Below are positions 48,218 to 52,821 of a stretch of 52,821 nucleotides of DNA, piece by piece (within the stretch, counting starts at the first letter, position 1; each line of letters starts with the position of its first letter). The position numbers and the translations under genes were made by a program. Source of the DNA: Catajapyx aquilonaris (Eukaryota); the NCBI GenBank assembly GCA_000934665.2, contig KZ538704.1, positions 1 to 52,821 of the forward strand. The letters run 5' to 3'. Below the pieces are notes generated by a model, which saw nothing but the letters and a program-made list of their open reading frames with translations, made no database searches and was not told the origin of the DNA.

Positions 48218-48779
48218 CAGGGTGTAAATGAATTCAACCGACAAACTTCTAGGGGTGATCGAGGGGACCAAGACAAACATTTTTGACATAGGAACCCGTG
48301 TCCGGAAACGCCATCTAGAGGGGGTTCATAGACAAGGAATGGGTGCGCTCAGACGCGTCACGCGTGAGGCGCTAGTCGAGCGGACTGTTTTGTTGATAGA
48401 TGGCGCTCGGATAGTAACCAACGATGCGATGTGCCATAACGTGGCAACAGCAGAGCCATCTAGCAACTAAAGTCCGCCTCCTAGGAGAGGCGCGGATGGT
48501 CAACAGCGGTTCTGTTGTTGCCAGGTTCTGGCGTATCGCGTTGTTGTTTACTTACAACGACGCGATACGCCATAACCTGGCAACAACTGCGCGCCATCTA
48601 TCAACAAAACAGTCCGCTCGACTTGCGCCTCTCGCGTGACGCGTCTGAGCGCACCCGTTCCTCGTCTATGAACCCCCTCTAGATGGCGTTTCCGGACACG
48701 GTTTTCTATGTCAAAAATGTTTGTCTTGGTCCCCTCTATCACCCCTACAAGTTTGTCGGTTGAATTCATTTACACCCTG
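48218..48779. mobile_element. Long palindromic Tc1/mariner-type MITE
   Basis: TIR CAGGGTGTAAATGAATTCAACCGACAAACT, inverted arms of about 190 bp or more with few mismatches, TA duplicated at 48216-48217 and 48780-48781. Confidence 0.9.
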
Positions 48780-49914
48780 TATACCAAACACTTGTTCTTC
48801 TTTTTGCAATTATTGTAGTAGTAAACAGAAATTTTACAACAGTCTCACCTGATAATGAGACATTTTATGTATGGCAATGTGACATTTTCTGTATGACAAT
48901 ATGACATTTATGCATGATAATTTGGGTTTCCATTTGAGAGAATCACCCTGTACTTTTTGTGTACATGTTTGTGTTACATCTGGCACATACCGAACAGGCC
49001 AGGCCACGTTGCACTGGACACCCAACATGGCTGCTGGTAGGCTCCATTCTGGCCCTGTTGTATTGTCAAAAAGCAGGATGGGCTTTCCAGAAGTACATGA
49101 TGTCATGTGGCCACCTGTGACACGCTTGGGGGGAGTGACACCGGAGTTTGGTTCAGGCCAACGGCTCCGGAGTGGCGGAGTTGAACCCAGTTCCGGAGCG
49201 GATTCGGGCAATAATTCGCACCAATCGTATAGAAACACTAGTATGGAGTGGCTCATGGAAAATTGATGGGTGGAATTTATTTTCGTCGTACTACTATTAG
49301 TCTATTACTATTAACTATAGGTCTGTAGTAGTTACTGCTAACTAAGCAGTACCATTGCACTACACTGGTGCTGCTAAGTTAGAAGTAACTAGTAGTACGA
49401 CAGAAATTCCACAAATTTGTTTTCAGAAAGGAGATTTCATGAGCAGTAAATTGGTAATTGCTTGAGTAAGACCTATGGTACAGCTTAAATCAATTGGTGA
49501 AGGTCTTACGTGCGCCTGCCTTGTTTCAGTACCTTCATTCCGCCGCGGAGGTCTTACTACCCTCTTTTTCACTCGAGGGAATGTTTTTGCTCTTGTTACT
49601 AGTAGGCTACTCATGTCACAAAACTTTGTCTTGCAAACAAGACAATGGCATGGTTTTACTTCCACTTGGAAACCTGCCCATAACTGACCCCGAGTATAGA
49701 GAAACCCTATCCATTGCGAAATGGGCATAGGACTTGCGAGGTATTTTTTATTGCATGCAATTCACATGTTTCACTCTACATCCTTACTGAATTTCTTCGG
49801 AAAATTGCACAGGCAAAATGTATCTCTCCTGTATGAATTCACATTAGTTTTCCAATTATGGGATTACTTGAAATCTTCATGCCACAGTCTACATGTAGGC
49901 CTAAATGGTTTCTC

Positions 49915-51629
49915 TCATGTATGAATTCTCATGTGCGTTTTCAAATTATATGAATCACGGAACTTTTTCTGGCACACCTCACAAAGATATGGTTTCTCGC
50001 CGGTGTGAATTCGCATGTGAGTTTTCAAATTATATGAATAACCAAATGTTTTCTGGCACACCTCGCAAATAAACGGTTTGATTCCTGTGTGAATTCGCAT
50101 GTGGGTTTTCAAACTATATGCATAACTAAATGTTTTCTGGCACACCTCACAAGTAAACGGGTTTTCTCCCGTATGAATGCGCATGTGACATCGGACATCT
50201 CTTGAAGCACGAAATTTTTCCTGACATACCTCACAAGTGAATGGTCTTTCTCCTGTATGAATGCGCATGTGCTTTTTCAATTCACTTCGCTCTATAAATT
50301 CTTTCTGACACACCTCACAAGTAAATGCTTTTGCATGAATTCGATTGTGAGCCTTCAACTCAGTTGAATCAGAAAACTTTATCTGGCAAATATGGCAACA
50401 AAACCTTTTACTGTGAATCATCATGTGAAATTTCAAATCAAGCTGGGTACTGAAGAATTTCTGGCATATTCGGCACTCAAACGGATTTCTTCCATCGTAT
50501 ATTCCACTGCTCCTATCCTCTTGGATCCCAGCGTCTCCTACTCCGCTTTCAGTTTTAACTTGCACAACCTGGAACGTGAATTACAGTACATCAATTCTGA
50601 TACTGTGATGCTTTCCACCTTCTTTTGCCTCACAGAGCTCACAGATCCACAGATTGTACCATCAAAGATTTCAATGCCACCCTCTACATGTTGGAGAAAT
50701 AGAAATTATGACCTCTGCTGGATTGAGGTCACAAAGGATAAATTTAAGCACATTTTAACATACGACGATCCATAATCATCCTTGGCATTATTTATTGTCG
50801 CCTGAATGTATCCAAATCTATACTGTAACCTCCATGAGAAAAGTGGATGCAAGTTAATCAGGTTGCCTTACAGAGAAGTAGTACACGGCGATGCATTCAC
50901 CGCATGCAGCCTGCTTCACGGAGGATGGCTGAGCGGGCGGAAACTCCGAGTGGTGGGATTGGCTCAAGTTCATTGCGTTGGACTTTGCGGGTGGCTGAGC
51001 GGGTGGTTGGAGCACCTGCTCAGCCATCCGACTAACTTGTGAAGCAGGCTTGTTTTTATGACGTCTGGCAGTTGCACATAGACTGATATGAAACAACCAC
51101 ATATCCATTACAGTATACAGAAAGGGATGAACTTTATCAATAAAATATGCTTCATGAATATTTAAGTACAGCATATGTAGATTACAATGACTCGCGCTAA
51201 CCCATGACTACCTAAAAGTTTTTAGGTGTTGGACAATGCTGGGCAGGTAAGAGTTGCGATGTCGTCAAAAGACACGCATGTAGGGTTGCTTGATTTGGAT
51301 TGATGATTTTGTGTGGCTTTCAATGTAAAATTATGCTGCAATTTCAGCAGTGTGCTTACACCACTGCATCCAGAACCTCCCGCTAAAGGGTCATCTTTGT
51401 CCTCCTTGGATGTGTCCACCGCCACCATCTCCTCCTCCTCCTCCTCTCCTTCCTCCTTCTTGACCTCGAGGAGAGTGTCTTCCATGCGCGCAGTAGAATC
51501 ATTGTCCAGCCATGGTGGTGGTGCTTCCTCCTCCTCCTTCACCCTTAGCCTCCAACTCTCCTCGTCCACTGTGATGTCCTCCTCCTCCTCCGGCTCTTCC
51601 TCCTTCTTTATCTTCAGGATGAAAGACAT
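49915..51629 (-). CDS. G15: acidic leader + 7 C2H2 fingers; exons 51629-51360, 50568-49915
   Basis: MSFILKIKKEEE..KDDPLAGGSGCSG|gtaagc, phase 0; finger array ends at H-T-stop-E-K-P-F with decayed fingers beyond. Confidence 0.85.
50908..51050. mobile_element. Short MITE in G15 intron
   Basis: AGCCTGCTTCAC..GGATGGCTGAGC / GCTCAGCCATCC..GTGAAGCAGGCT inverted ends. Confidence 0.6.
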
Positions 51630-51765
51630 GGTGCGAGGAACAGTCCCGACGATAATTCCAGGAGGCGACCAAACCCATTCGAGGGAACGAGACGGGTTGA
51701 AACGAGTTCTGCTGGACGGACACTCTTCTTCCAGATCGAAACAGAATAAATTATTGTGTTGCTCA

Positions 51766-51902
51766 GGCGGCCATCTTTTTCTTTTCTTTTTTTCTTTTTA
51801 TTTATGCAAATGAGAGGGTGCGTTCCTGTCGCCACACCACCAGAGTGCTTGGAAGGACGGACTTATGCGCTATTATTCACCTGCTCTGAATAATCGCCGC
51901 TA
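51766..51902 (-). promoter_or_regulatory. Cluster promoter, G15 (minus strand)
   Basis: Reverse strand: TAGCGG 51902-51897, TAGCGCATAAG near 51872, GGCGACAGGAACGCACCC 51833-51816, AAGATGGCCGCC 51777-51766, same order as other copies. Confidence 0.75.
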
Positions 51903-52270
51903 CCGGTGCAGAACCGCTACTTTCTGATAACAGCTGCAGCGCCATCTCAATCCACATTGATCAGGGAAGAAAATAATAAAGATTCGTGGAATAGTCCATA
52001 CAAGATTCTGCAGTGGTCTAATGAACCAATGGCTTCATAATTAGGAAGGTTGGAAACACAGCACGAATGTGACACTAATAGTCAACATATGATTGTATAA
52101 CTATCGAAACACCCTAAAGATACTATAACTTTTTTTAAATTCCTGGAAAGTTGTATGCAACACGGACACATTTTTGTATCAGTATTCTCATCGTGGTCGT
52201 GACTGAATTTTCTCGTGCCAATTTGAAGTAATGTCCCTACGAATATTGCCTGATTTCCGTCTGTGGGTTA

Positions 52271-52400
52271 TCAACGTACACAACTCACTAAATATTTCCT
52301 CTGGCAGACCTCGCAAGTGAATATCTTTTCTCCTGTACGAATAAGCCTGTGTCTGTTCAATGTATTGGAATGACGGAACTTCTTCTGGCACACCTCACGG
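52271..52400 (-). pseudogene. C2H2 finger remnant
   Basis: EVCQKKFRHSNTLNRHRLIRTGEKIFTCEVCQRK with lost ligands and a stop. Confidence 0.7.
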
Positions 52401-52581
52401 ATGATTTTTGTTTTGTTTTTGGCACACGAATATATTGAAACACAAATTATCACATTCTTTTACTTATTAGCACTAATAAGGTTAAAAAATGTAACCTAAA
52501 TCAAATATTTTATGGTGACTGTTGAATTTTGTGGCGCCCTTTCTTTACGATAAGTACATGCTGGAGAGAGTGTCAGAATCG

Positions 52582-52821
52582 AAGGAGCGCTGTGGTCTAG
52601 TGGCGAAGGCGCTTTCTTCGTAACCTGAAGGTTGAAGGATCGAATCCTGAAAGAAACAAGTCGTTTCTTTTTATCGCTGTGGACCTTTCTCTCTGTTACT
52701 TGGTCTCTCGTTTCACATTTATTTCTCTTTGAACTGCATCTGGTAAATAGGCTAGACCCTTCCAACACCCACCATATCGTTACCACAGAGCGTGGCACTG
52801 TGGTAACGCATCAGACTCTCA
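52582..52821 (+). mobile_element. Two degenerate tRNA-like SINE heads (about 52582 and 52788, the second cut by the window end)
   Basis: TGGTCTAGTGG..GGATCGAATCC; GTGGCACTGTGGTAACGCATCAGACTCTCA. Confidence 0.45.

Noticed and set aside
48228..48769. Pair of similar ORFs on opposite strands
   Set aside because: They are the two arms of the palindromic MITE.

Overview
Eukaryotic (invertebrate, probably arthropod) genomic DNA with GT-AG introns and one 13-N gap (35117-35129). Most of the window is a dense tandem cluster of about 15 related transcription units, here called G1-G15. Each is built from the same 5' cassette: a conserved promoter (TAGCGG / TAGCGC(A/T)TAAG / GCG-TCGGAATGCRCCC / CAAGATGGC(C/G)G, 13 copies), a short mostly non-coding exon, and an acidic coding 'leader' exon rich in (I/V)KxE motifs that usually ends in D-D-P-L and always in a phase-0 splice donor. 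This cassette is spliced in frame to very different 3' modules: C2H2 zinc-finger arrays (4-14 fingers), a DD41D Tc1/mariner transposase, three catalytically mutated intron-containing Merlin/ISXO2 transposases, two Harbinger-type MADF/BESS modules (each with a decayed transposase still lying convergently beside it), and possibly an intact DUF4806 gene of a recently inserted element. Several leaders have two alternative 3' modules. Near the end are two ordinary genes, DCPS and B9D2, and an inverted member of the cluster. tRNA-derived SINEs, MITEs and a Helitron-like element fill introns and spacers. All exon models were read by eye from splice signals and frame; no expression or database evidence was available.
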